Shown: piece after piece, positions 33,608 to 43,900 of the stretch | Layout of the letters: every line of letters starts with the position of its first letter | Position numbering within the stretch: the first letter of the stretch is position 1 | DNA from: Longimicrobiales bacterium | Lineage (GTDB): Bacteria; Gemmatimonadota; Gemmatimonadetes; Longimicrobiales; Gaopeijiaceae | Length of the DNA: 64,000 nt | Direction of reading: 5' to 3' | NCBI GenBank assembly: GCA_965198065.1 | Contig: CBDAON010000004.1 | Coordinates: forward strand, 800,001 to 864,000 | Notes under the pieces: generated by a model | Told to the model about the DNA's origin: nothing | Seen by the model: the letters and a program-made list of their open reading frames with translations, nothing else | Database searches by the model: none | Made by a program: the position numbers and the translations under genes

Positions 33608-34263
33608 GTGGCGGCCCGGTGGCCACCGTGGAGGAGGTCGCGGTTCTCCCAATAGTACACGGCCATCGAGAAGACCGTGAGGATCAGCGCCGCGCCCAGC
33701 GTGAGCGCGGTCACTCCACCGTGGACGGCGCTCCAGAGCCTCCACGCGCCCCCACCCGTCCACCCGCGCTCTCCTGCGACGCGTATGAGCGCGTACCAGA
33801 GGATCAGGCTCCCGGAGAAGAAGTTCTGCGTGAACGCCTTGATCTTGCCCGACGGACCCGCGGACAGGACGGACCCGCGACGGGCCGCCCAGCTCCGGAA
33901 GACGGTTACGAGCAGCTCCCGCCCCAAGATGACGAGGACGACCCAGAGAGGGAGCGCGCCCCACCACGGAACGGCCCACTCCGGGTCCGAGCCCTGCGAC
34001 ACGACGTAAAAGGGGACGAACGTCGTGACCAGGAGGAGCTTGTCCGCGATGGGGTCGAGGAGCTTCCCCGTATCCGTGATCCAGCCGTGCTTCCGCGCCA
34101 GGTACCCGTCCCAGAGATCGGTGAGGGCCGCCGCGAGGAACAGGCCGAACGCCACGAAAAGGTGGAGGATTCGCGGAGAGAGGATGAGCATAAACAGCGC
34201 CGGGCAAGCGAAGATGCGGGCAACCGTGATGCTGTTGGGGAGGTTCAGCCGACTCAGCGCCAT
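33604..34263 (-). CDS. pgsA: CDP-diacylglycerol--glycerol-3-phosphate phosphatidyltransferase
   Basis: NLPNSITVAR and TDLWDGYLARK...GKLLDPIADK. Confidence 0.9.
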   Translation of the reverse strand: MALSRLNLPNSITVARIFACPALFMLILSPRILHLFVAFGLFLAAALTDLWDGYLARKHGWITDTGKLLDPIADKLLLVTTFVPFYVVSQGSDPEWAVPWWGALPLWVVLVILGRELLVTVFRSWAARRGSVLSAGPSGKIKAFTQNFFSGSLILWYALIRVAGERGWTGGGAWRLWSAVHGGVTALTLGAALILTVFSMAVYYWENRDLLHGGHRAAT

Positions 34264-34270
34264 GGAAGAC

Positions 34271-34850
34271 TCAGCTCAGCGTCTTCACCACCTGCTTGCT
34301 GACCGCCTTCAGCGTCTCGAAGACACCCTTGCCCTCGGTGGCGACGGCCTCGAAGTCCGACACCTCGGTCGGATTCAGCTGCGCTCTCAATTCCGGCACC
34401 GCGATGAGGTCGCTCAGGTCCTGCTTGTTGTACTGGATCACGAACGGAATCGACGACAGGTCGTAACCGTAGGATTCGAGGTTCTCGTACAGGTTGTGCA
34501 TGGCCTCGATGTTGGCCTCCGACCGATGCCGCTGCGAGTCCGCAACGAATATGATTCCGTCGACCCCCTTCAGGATCAGCTTTCGGCTCGCATTGTAATA
34601 GACCTGCCCCGGGACCGTGTAGAGGTGGAACCGCGTCTTGAATCCGCGGATGGTTCCAAGATCGATGGGAAGGAAGTCGAAGAACAGGGTCCGATCGCTC
34701 TCCGTGGCCAGGGAGATCATCTTCCCGCGGGTCTCCGGATTGACCGTCGAATACACGTACTCGAGGTTCGTCGTCTTCCCTCCGAGCCCCGTCCCATAAT
34801 AGACGATCTTACAATTGATCTCCCGGGGAAGCGTAGTTGATCATCGACAT
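34271..34850 (-). CDS. mglA: MglA-like small Ras-superfamily GTPase (+1 frameshift near 34825)
   Basis: [56 protein letters not shown] and QYNKQDL. Confidence 0.92.
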
Positions 34851-35041
34851 CGTTCGCCACTTCCCCTCGTATCGGGAGATCGAGCCGACGGCGGAGGTGA
34901 GATCGATCCCGCCCGCTAGGGCCCTCGCCCGCGCCACGCGGCGTCCGCATCCCGGGGCGCGAGGCACGTAAACTCGACTTCCCTCAACACGGAAGCAAGT
35001 CGGCGGACGGTTTTTTGTCGGGCTTGGGTCGGGGTCTCCCG

Positions 35042-35368
35042 TCACGCCGCGGGCTCTTCGACCGGACCGCCCCGATCCGCGGCCGCGCCTTCCATGCGCT
35101 CGACTATGGCGCGGGCCCGGTTCCGGAGAAGCCTCCGAGGCTCCCACGCGATGTAATCGCGCAGCAGGAGGATGTGGTCCACAGACGGGACCTGGCGAGC
35201 GAGGTGCTCGAGGGCCACGATTCGCTTGAGGGAAAGGGGACTGAACAGGTTCCGTCGTCGCCGGCTGATCTGGTCGCGCACCAACAGCGTGGCCACGGTC
35301 CCCATCGCAGCCGCGACGGCTGCGGTGATCGCAATCACCCACAAGACCTTCCTCGTGCGCTCCTGCAT
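35042..35368 (-). CDS. Small membrane-anchored hypothetical protein
   Basis: MQERTRKVLWVIAITAAVAAAMGTVATLLVRDQISRRRRNLFSP... with an upstream SD-like GGAGG and one TM segment. Confidence 0.6.
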   Translation of the reverse strand: MQERTRKVLWVIAITAAVAAAMGTVATLLVRDQISRRRRNLFSPLSLKRIVALEHLARQVPSVDHILLLRDYIAWEPRRLLRNRARAIVERMEGAAADRGGPVEEPAA

Positions 35369-35575
35369 CCCCGAAACCCTCCCTAGTGAACGGTGTCCGA
35401 TGAAACGCTGGCATCCGACGGGCGCAGGACTCGCGCCGGCGGCGTTGCTCCTCCTTGAAATAGCGCTGCCATTGCTCGTCGTCGCGCCTGGCCGGTCGCG
35501 GCCCATCCCCCGTCTCCGTGCACACCGTTCATCAGATACCGTCCACTAAGCTGTCCGGACCGCGCGCCCGGATCC

Positions 35576-36169
35576 CTACATCTCTCGGCGACCCGAGAGC
35601 GCCTCCGCCAGGGTCGATCCGTCCACGTACTCGAGGTCGCTCCCGACCGGCACCCCCCGCGCCAGCCGCGTGACCCTCGGACCCAGTGGCCGGATCAGCC
35701 CCTCCAGGTAGACCGCCGTCGCCTCTCCCTCGACCGACGGGGTGGTGGCGAGAATCACCTCGCCGATCGGGGCCCCGGGCGTCCGGATACGATTCAGGAG
35801 GGGCGTCACCCTCAGCTCCTCCGGACCGACTCCGTCCAGGGGCGACAGGCGCCCCCCGAGCACGTGGAACAAACCCTGAAATCGCCCCGTTCGTTCGATC
35901 GAGCGCGCATCGACCGCGCTCTCCACGACGCAGATGATCGTGCGGTCCCTGTCGGGGTCGCTACAGACGGAGCACCGGTCCCCCTCGGAGAAGTCCCCGC
36001 ACTCCCGGCAGGGCCTCACCCGCTCGGACAGCGAGACGATGGCGTCGGCCAGCCGCCGAGCGTCGCCGGCGCTTCCCCTGAGGAGGTGGTAAACGAGCCG
36101 GGTGGCCGTCCGCGGCCCAATCCCGGGCAGGCGGCTCAGCTCTCGAGTGAGCTGGTCGATGACCGACAT
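35576..36169 (-). CDS. recR: Recombination mediator RecR
   Basis: LPGIGPRTA, a C4 zinc finger and Toprim EVILAT...EGEATA. Confidence 0.97.
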   Translation of the reverse strand: MSVIDQLTRELSRLPGIGPRTATRLVYHLLRGSAGDARRLADAIVSLSERVRPCRECGDFSEGDRCSVCSDPDRDRTIICVVESAVDARSIERTGRFQGLFHVLGGRLSPLDGVGPEELRVTPLLNRIRTPGAPIGEVILATTPSVEGEATAVYLEGLIRPLGPRVTRLARGVPVGSDLEYVDGSTLAEALSGRREM

Positions 36170-36191
36170 CTCCCCGTATCGTCTCGTCCCC

Positions 36192-36518
36192 TCAGAACAT
36201 GCCCGGCAGCTTCATCGGAAAGGGGAGCCCTCCCGAAAGCTTCTTCATCTCCTCCTCGTAGAGACCCTTCGCGTTCTTCTGGGCCTCGGAAAACGCCGCG
36301 AGCACCAGATCCTCGAGCATCTCCACGTCGTTCGGATCCACGACGGCCGGATCGATCACCAACTTCCGGACGCCACCGTTTCCGTCCATGGTCACGGATA
36401 CCATCCCCCCGCCAGCCGAGCCCGATATCTCGCGCCGACCGAGGGTTTCCTGAATCTCCGAGATGCGGCTCTGCATCTGCTGGCCCATCTGGAGAAGCTT
36501 TTGCAGGTTCATTTCCAC
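36192..36518 (-). CDS. ybaB: YbaB/EbfC nucleoid-associated protein
   Basis: GSAGGGMVSV...DVEMLEDLVLAA; located between dnaX and recR. Confidence 0.95.
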   Translation of the reverse strand: MEMNLQKLLQMGQQMQSRISEIQETLGRREISGSAGGGMVSVTMDGNGGVRKLVIDPAVVDPNDVEMLEDLVLAAFSEAQKNAKGLYEEEMKKLSGGLPFPMKLPGMF

Positions 36519-36644
36519 GGGGTCACCTGTGCGCGGGGCGGGCCGGTCCCGGGACGAAAGGGCCCGGAGCGCTGTAGACCCGGGCTCCTGGGCGGAACCC
36601 GGGCAAGGACATGAAACCGTTGCGGGATCTGGGTGACGCGCGCT

Positions 36645-38054
36645 TCAGTCAAGGAGCTCCAGGTCGAGTTCTTCTACCGCCTGCACGAGGCCGGGTTCCC
36701 GCTCCAGCAGGTCGTGGAGACGCCCTTGCCGCGCCTCTTCTTCGGTCACACGACCCCCGGCCTCGTCCGGCTTCGCCTGCCATGCGGCCCGAAGGCCCTC
36801 CCGGGCCCTTGTTTCCGAGGGCTTCGGTGGAGGAGCCGACCCACGTCGAACCGCCGGCCCGGACGGCGATCCAGCCCGCGGGACCTGGGCTTCCGCCTCT
36901 GGACGGGGCACGCCCCCCAGGGCTCCGAGGAGCTCGCGCACCTCGACCGTCCGATCGAGATACGAGAACCGGAGTAGGAGGAGCTCCAGAAGGACCCTGG
37001 GCTGCGCGCTCCGCCGGAGGCTCCCCCCGGATTCGAGCTCGACCGCCATCCCCAGCATTCGAACGAGGTCGGCGGGCTCGAAGCGACTCGCGCGCTCCCG
37101 CCAATCCTCCAGGCGTTCCGGCAGCAGATCCCCGGCGTCCTCCCCGACCCTGAGCCGGATGAGGGTTCGGAGCGCGTCTATCATCCCCCCATAGAACTCC
37201 ACGAGGTCGTACCCCTCGTCGAGAAGCTCTTCGATCACCCGAAACAGTCCGGCCCGATCCCAGTCGGCAATCAGATCGATGACGCGGAGGTAGCGATCCT
37301 CGTCGACGACGCCGAGCACCTTCCTGACCACCTCGGCGGTCACATCGCCCTCCGAGAGCGCGAGAACCTGATCCAGGATGGAAAGGGCGTCCCGCATGCC
37401 GCCGTCCGCCTTCCTGGCGATGACTCTGAGCGCCTCCGGACCGGCCACGGAGCCCTCCCGGCCCAGGATCTCCTCGAGGCGGCGCACGATCTCGGCGACC
37501 CCCAGGCGGCGGAAATCGAAACGCTGGCACCGCGAGAGAATCGGAGCCGCCGATTGCTCGATCTTCTGCGGCTCGGTCGTGGCGAAGATGAAGGTCACAC
37601 GGGGCGGCGGCTCCTCCAGGATCTTGAGCAGGGCGTTCCAAGCCTCCCGCGTGAGCATGTGGGCTTCGTCCACGATGTAGACCTTGTAGCGCCCGTCCTC
37701 CGACGGGGCGTACATGGCCCGCTCCCGCAGGTCCCGCGCATCGTCCACGCCACGATTGGACGCCGCGTCGATTTCCACGACATCGAGCGCGGTCGTCCCG
37801 CCCCAGATCCGCTGGCAACTCTCACAGCTTCCGCACGGCTCGCCGTCGTCCGACCGCCGGGCGCAGTTCAAGGACATGGCGAGGACCCGGGCCAGCGTGG
37901 TCTTCCCTACGCCCCGGGGACCGCAGAAGAGGTAGGCGTGCCCGACGCGTCCCGCCCGAACGGCACGGCGGAGAGTCTCCGAAACGTGCTCCTGGGTGGA
38001 GACCTCGTCGAAGCGACGCGGGCGGTACTTCCGAGCTAACGCGGTATGAGACAC
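36645..38054 (-). CDS. dnaX: DNA polymerase III gamma/tau
   Basis: ALARKYRP, GPRGVGKTT, EIDAASNRGVD, DEAHML and SRCQRF. Confidence 0.97.
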   Translation of the reverse strand: MSHTALARKYRPRRFDEVSTQEHVSETLRRAVRAGRVGHAYLFCGPRGVGKTTLARVLAMSLNCARRSDDGEPCGSCESCQRIWGGTTALDVVEIDAASNRGVDDARDLRERAMYAPSEDGRYKVYIVDEAHMLTREAWNALLKILEEPPPRVTFIFATTEPQKIEQSAAPILSRCQRFDFRRLGVAEIVRRLEEILGREGSVAGPEALRVIARKADGGMRDALSILDQVLALSEGDVTAEVVRKVLGVVDEDRYLRVIDLIADWDRAGLFRVIEELLDEGYDLVEFYGGMIDALRTLIRLRVGEDAGDLLPERLEDWRERASRFEPADLVRMLGMAVELESGGSLRRSAQPRVLLELLLLRFSYLDRTVEVRELLGALGGVPRPEAEAQVPRAGSPSGPAVRRGSAPPPKPSETRAREGLRAAWQAKPDEAGGRVTEEEARQGRLHDLLEREPGLVQAVEELDLELLD

Positions 38055-38079
38055 GGGGAAGGTGCCGACGGGACACAAA

Positions 38080-38179
38080 ATGCCCCAGGTCGACCGCAGC
38101 ATCGACCGCCACACTTACCGTTGCTACCGGCGAGGTCCTGACGGAGTTCGTGGGCTTTCGTTCTGCGAACCTGGGGCAC
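38080..38179 (-). ncRNA. ffs: Small SRP RNA (4.5S)
   Basis: ~100-nt hairpin closed by GUGCCCCAGG/CCUGGGGCAU, containing GAACUCCG-UCAGG-ACC-UCGCC-GGU-AGCAA-CGGUAAG. It sits in the usual position upstream of dnaX. Confidence 0.88.
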
Positions 38180-38210
38180 GTTTGGAACGTACCCAGGCCC
38201 CCCAACCCAG

Positions 38211-38594
38211 TCAACCGGAGTCGCCAATGCGCCAGGCGTCGGGCACGTGGCAGACTTTCGCAGGGCGCCCCCGGGGGGTCGTCACGGCCACCGCGTCGAA
38301 CCGGAAGGCGCAGCGAGCCGCCAGATCTCCCCCTCTGGTTGTGAGCCACGCGCGGGCCACCCGCTCGATCTCCCTCCTTTTCGCCAGGGTGATCGACTCG
38401 AGCGGATGCCCGCTCCTCTCCGCCACTCGGGTCTTGACCTCGACGAACGCCACGACCGCCCCCCGTCGGACGACGAGGTCCACTTCCGCGTGTCCCGACC
38501 GCCAGTTCCGGTCGAGGATGGCCCAGCCACGCTCCTCGAAGTAGCGGACCGCGAGGGCCTCGCCCCACCGCCCTAACTCGTGGATGCTCCCCAC
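38211..38594 (-). CDS. yraN: YraN-family putative endonuclease
   Basis: LGRWGEALA, ILDRNWR..EVDLV, FVEVKTR and RFDAVAV. Confidence 0.92.
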   Translation of the reverse strand: MGSIHELGRWGEALAVRYFEERGWAILDRNWRSGHAEVDLVVRRGAVVAFVEVKTRVAERSGHPLESITLAKRREIERVARAWLTTRGGDLAARCAFRFDAVAVTTPRGRPAKVCHVPDAWRIGDSG

Positions 38595-38865
38595 GTTCGC
38601 TCCGGCCTCTCCCCCGCCCTCGGGGACTTCGTGACCCCGGAGCTCCAACGCTCCGCCGAGGGAGAGGGCGGCGACATGGCGGACCGGGCCGAGGAGGCTA
38701 CGCGCGGGCCACGCACCGGTATCCCGAGTTCGAGGAGGCGCCGGCATGCGGCACCGCTCGTCGGACACGGTCCACTAGCAGGGCCCCGGGCGACGTGCTA
38801 GCGTCCGGCAGCGCCGCGCCTTCGCCGGTCTCGAGGCCGCGGACACACTTCGCGCCGTGAGGAGA

Positions 38866-40815
38866 ATGGGCCAAGCCAGAAGAACTCGGGGGTCGCGTCT
38901 CCTCGCCTCGTTGATGGGTGCCGCTTCCCTCTCCGCGTGCGCCGGCATATACCCCGGTGGGCCTCCGGGGAGGGCGCCGCCGACCGTGCCCGTCCCCGGC
39001 ACGGCCGAGGCCGATCGGATCCCTTCCCTTCCGCCGATTCCGTTCGTGGACGGAGATCTTCGGCTCGAGCTGGGCTATCCCCCGGAAGGCACGACGCTGG
39101 CGGTCCGGGACCGGAACTTCCTCTTCGGGTCCACGGGATCGGGCCGGGCTCGCCTCGCAATCAACGGCACGCCGGTGGAAGTCGAGCCGAACGGCGGATT
39201 CCTCGCCTTCCTCCCTGTGCCCGGCGACGGAGTGTACCGGCTCGTGGCGGAGCGAGACGGAGCCTCGGCGACGCTGGAGCGCACCGTTCTCCTGCCGCCC
39301 GCCGCAGCGCTCTCATCGGACCGGCTATGGATCGAGCCCGGGTCGAAATATCCGACGGGCGCGGTCGCGGCCCTCCCCGGGGAGCCGATCGAGATCGGGT
39401 TTCGGGGCACGAGCGGCGGGGAAGCCTGGCTCTACCTGTCGGAGGGGGATCGCGTACCCCTCGTGGAAACGGGCGCGCTCGACCGGGCAGGCGACGCGAC
39501 GGGGCCGACGACCCGATATGAGGGCGTGCTGCCCGCGCGCCCCGTGTCGGCCGACGACGCCGGGGTTCCGCGCCCGCTCGTGGGAGGACTCTCCGCGGGA
39601 TCGGAGACGGCCGACATCGTCCTGATCCTCGGATCCGATACCATCCGCGCTCCGCTCCGGATGAACCTGTCCACGCTGCCGAGCGCGCCGCCGCGGATCG
39701 CCCTTACGTCGCCGCCGGCGGACGCCCTGCCCAGCTGGCGGGCTCGGGGCCGAAACGATGTCTCCGGACCCTACCACTTCTTCTGGCCGCCGGGGACGGC
39801 GCTACGCATCACCGGTGAGCGGGACGGGATGCTCCGCGCGGCGCTAGCGAGGGACCGCGCGGCGTGGATCCCTGTGGGCGAGGTCCGACTCCTGCCAGAG
39901 GGGACGCCTCCGCCGCGCGCCTTCGTGGGGAACGTCCGTCTATATCCCGAGCCCCGCCACATCGATGTCCGCGTGCCCCTTCCGGAACGGCTTCCGTTTC
40001 AGGTCGTTCCGGAGGAGCGCGCTCTCCACCTGGACGTGTTCGGGGCCGTGAGCCGCACGAACTTCTTCCAGTACGGAGCTCTGGACCCCCTCATCGAGCG
40101 CGCGGAGTGGAGCCAGTCGTCGGACGACGTCTACCGGGTGAGCGTCCGGTTGAGCGCCGGGGTGTGGGGGTACGACACGTTCTTCGACCCGTCGGGTGTC
40201 CTGGTCCTCCGGATCCGCCGCCCGCCCGCGATCAATCGGTCCTCCCCGCTCCGGGGCCTTCGGATCGTGGTGGACGCCGGGCACGGCGGCGACGATCGGC
40301 TCACCCGCGGACCGACCGGGCTCACGGAAGCCGACGCGAACCTCCAGGTATCCCTCGCGCTTCGCGACTTCCTCGAGGCCGAGGGCGCCGAAGTCGTGAT
40401 GACGAGGAGCGCGGACGAAACCGTGCGGCTCGCAGACCGCCCGCAGCTCGCCGTGGAGGCGGAGGGCGACCTTTTGGTCTCAGTCCACAACAACGCCTTC
40501 CCTGACGGCGTCGATCCACAGGCCAATCACGGGACGAGCGTCTACTACTTCCACGCCCACTCGGCCGATCTAGCGCGCCGGCTCCAGCTCGAGCTCGTGG
40601 AGGAGCTCGGAACCCGGGATCTGGGGATCGGGCGCGCGGATCTCGCTCTCGTCAGGCCCAGCTGGATGCCGGCCGTGCTCTCCGAGACCCTCTTCATGAT
40701 GATCCCCGAGCAGGAGGCGGCGTTACGGGACTCGACCGTACAGCGTCGGATCGCGCGCGCCCATGTTCGGGCGCTCGCGGCGTTCGTCGCCAGCCGGGCC
40801 GGGTCCGCGCGCTGA
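38866..40815 (+). CDS. Lipoprotein N-acetylmuramoyl-L-alanine amidase (Amidase_3)
   Basis: Lipobox LSAC; VVDAGHGG, TEADAN, SVHNNA and LSE zinc/catalytic motifs. Confidence 0.9.
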   Translation: MGQARRTRGSRLLASLMGAASLSACAGIYPGGPPGRAPPTVPVPGTAEADRIPSLPPIPFVDGDLRLELGYPPEGTTLAVRDRNFLFGSTGSGRARLAINGTPVEVEPNGGFLAFLPVPGDGVYRLVAERDGASATLERTVLLPPAAALSSDRLWIEPGSKYPTGAVAALPGEPIEIGFRGTSGGEAWLYLSEGDRVPLVETGALDRAGDATGPTTRYEGVLPARPVSADDAGVPRPLVGGLSAGSETADIVLILGSDTIRAPLRMNLSTLPSAPPRIALTSPPADALPSWRARGRNDVSGPYHFFWPPGTALRITGERDGMLRAALARDRAAWIPVGEVRLLPEGTPPPRAFVGNVRLYPEPRHIDVRVPLPERLPFQVVPEERALHLDVFGAVSRTNFFQYGALDPLIERAEWSQSSDDVYRVSVRLSAGVWGYDTFFDPSGVLVLRIRRPPAINRSSPLRGLRIVVDAGHGGDDRLTRGPTGLTEADANLQVSLALRDFLEAEGAEVVMTRSADETVRLADRPQLAVEAEGDLLVSVHNNAFPDGVDPQANHGTSVYYFHAHSADLARRLQLELVEELGTRDLGIGRADLALVRPSWMPAVLSETLFMMIPEQEAALRDSTVQRRIARAHVRALAAFVASRAGSAR

Positions 40816-40924
40816 GGTCGGGTCCCCCGGAGAGAGGAGCGTCACGCCGGGATCGGCAGTCGAGGAAGCCAGCCCCGCCTATCCCGTCCGCCGTGGGCCC
40901 GGGCCGGCCCGTCCGCCCGACAGC

Positions 40925-43900
40925 TCAGACGCCGGCGACCTGCGGGGCCTCGTCCAGCCGGACACCCACGACCGAACTCACCCCCGCCTCCTCCATCGTC
41001 ACGCCGTAAATCCAGTCGGCCGCCTCGATCGTGCGTGGGTTGTGCGTGATGACCACGAACTGCGTCTTTTCCTTGAATCCCGAGAGCAGCCGGATGAACC
41101 GTCCGATGTTGGCCTCGTCGAGCGGGGCATCCACCTCGTCCATCACGCAAAAGGGCGACGGCTTCACCAGGTAGATCCCGAAGAGGAGGGAGAGCGCCGT
41201 GAGCGCCCGCTCCCCACCGGAGAGCAGGTCGATTCTCTGGGTTCTCTTGCCTCTGGGCGCCGCGTGGATCTCTACGTCCGACTCCAGGGGGTCCTCGGGA
41301 TCCGCGAGCCGGACGTCGCACTCCCCGCCCTCGAAGAGGTGGTGGAACGTTTCCTGGAACCGCGCGCAGATCGCCTCGAACGTCTCCGTGAAGATCCGCG
41401 TCGCGGTCTGGTTGATTTCCCGGATGGCTTCCCGGAGATCGTTGCGAGCGCGGACTAGATCGTCCCTCTGTTCCTTTAGGAAGGCGAGACGCGCGCCTTC
41501 TTCCTGGTGCTCCTCGACGGCGAGGAGGTTTACGGGGCCCAGGCGACCGAGCGCTTCGACGACTTCGCGTAGCTCTTCCTGGAGCTCCTCCGGACTCCCG
41601 TCAACCTGGCCGGCCTCGTCTAGGAGCTCCTGGAGCGGACGCCCCCACTCGGCCTCCAGCCGGTCGCGGAGCCTCTCGTCCCTGCCCGCGATATCCTGAG
41701 CCTCGAGCTCGAGTAGGTGGCGCTTCTCGGAGGCCTCGCGCTCCAGGGACCGGACCTCCTTCGCCTCGCGCTCGGCCTCCCGTACACGCTCCCGGAGGCT
41801 TCCGAGCGTCCCCTCGGCGGAGCCGAGGGCGTGCTCGGACTCGGACAGACGAGCGAAGAGCGCCTCGGTCTCCGCCCCTCCTTCCTGCCGGAGGTTTTGG
41901 ATCCGCTCGGCTTCATCCTCGAGCTCCGCGCGCTCGCGGTCGAGCGCCTCGACTTTCGTCCCCGCCTCGGCCAGTGCGCGATCGAGCTCTTCCGCGCGCT
42001 CGACGAGTCGGGCGTCCTCTCCCTCGAGCCGGGTCCGCTCTACCGTGAGCGTGGCCTCGCGAGCCCGGGACGCCTCCCAACGCTCTTGGACTTCGTCGAG
42101 GCGGTCTCTCGTTTCGCCCCGCCGCTCCCGAAGCGATTCCTCCTCCAGGAGCAAAGACTCCCGCTCCCGCTCACCCTCGGCCGCGCGCTCCTCGCCGCGC
42201 GCCCTGGCGGAGCGCGCGTGCGCCAGCTGGCTCTCGAGCTCGACGATCGACTGCTCGAGCCGGGTTCGCTGCTCCGAGTGAGTGGTCGCTTCCGCGCGAG
42301 CCGCTCGATGGGCGTCTTCGGTGTCTCGTAGCGCCGAGCGCGAGCGCTCGGCTTCCTCCTCGAGGGTGTCGGCGGCGCTCGCCAGCCCCTCCCGGTCTGC
42401 CCTGGCGCGGCTCAGCTCGTCCTCGGCCCTCCCCAACTCCACCGCGAGCGCCCGGAGCCGCTCCCTCCGATCGAGCAGACCGGACGAGCCCTGGGGATTC
42501 CCCAGCCAGAACGCACCACGGCGGTCGATCCACGCGCCGTCACGGGCCAGAGGGTCTCCGGACGTCGTCGAGTCCGTCGCGAGGGCAACCGGGCTCACGA
42601 GCTCGACCCCGTCCAGGAGGGCCTGAACCCACGGTGCCCCCGCCCCCTCGGGAGAGATGCGGTCGAGGACTCCGCCGCGGCCACCTCCCGGGGGCACCCG
42701 GTCGAGGGGCAGAAGAATCAGACCGCCCCCGCCCCCCCATTCCTCCCGAAACCACCCCGCAAGCCTTGAGGCCGTGGACGCATCCCGCACCACGACCGCC
42801 TTGAGCAGGACTCCCAACGACGTCTCCACCGTAGCCGTCATCTCCGGATCCGCCATGACGAAGTCGGCCAGGATCCCGAGGACTCCATCCTCGTCACGCT
42901 CAAGGATCGCGCGAACCGCCGGATCAACTCCCTCGCGGTCCCGCTCCATGCGGTCGAGGGCCGCCCGCTCCGCGGCGAGCCGTCCGCACAGATCCTGCGC
43001 GTTCATCTCAACGTCCCTCGCTCGCTGGAGTCTCGGGCGGGCCTCTCCCACGGCCGCGAGCTTCTCCTCGACACCACGACGCGCGGTCTCGACGTCGGCG
43101 AAAAGCGTCGCCACGCGATCCGCAAAGAGGTCGCCCTGCGACTCGGCCTCCGACAGGGCCTCCCTGGCCTCCGAGAGCTCGCGGTCGAGTTGCCCGATTC
43201 GCCCGGTGAGCTCTCCCTTCCGCGCCTCCGAGGCCTCCGCATCTCCATGGAGCTGGGCGAGTCGGCGAGCCGCCTCGCGCTCCCGCCCCTCAACGTCGGC
43301 CACCGCGTCACGAGCGAGAGAGAGAGCGTCCCGGATCCCCAGAGCTTCGGCCTCGTGGCGCTCGAACTCATCTTGGACTTGAGCCAGCTCTGCCCTCCGA
43401 AGACGGATATCCTCAGTCACGCTCGACTGGCGCGTCTCGGTCTGGGCCGCGCGCCCCCGAGCCTCGCTCCGTTCGACGTCGATGCGTGCCATCCGCTTCT
43501 CCGCGTGCTCGACCTTCTCCTCGGCGACCGCGAGCTCCCGCTCCCAGCGAGCTAGATCGGCTCGAATCGCCTCCACCCGAGACGCCGAATCGGAGCGCTC
43601 CGATTCGGCGGAAGCCTCCTCGATCCGCAAGGTCTCGAGCCCGCTTTCCTGGGCCGCCACGCGCCCATGGAGCCCCGCCTCGTCGGCCACGTCTCCGGCC
43701 AGTGCGGTCTGAACGTCCCGAAGGCTCCGCTCGAGCTCCGCGAGCTGCGCGCGGGTGAGCGTCATCTCGACGTCCAACCTACGGCGGCGAAGCTCCCCGA
43801 ATCGCTCCGCCTTCCCCTTCTGGCGCGCGAGCGAGCGCACCTTGCTCTGGACCTCGCCGATCAGGTCCTCCAGCCGCTGGAGGTCGACCTCCGCTCGCTC

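Noticed and set aside
35385..35532. 49-codon minus-strand ORF between recR and the TM hypothetical as an mglB remnant
   Set aside because: No roadblock-like sequence pattern, and its coding status is unsupported.
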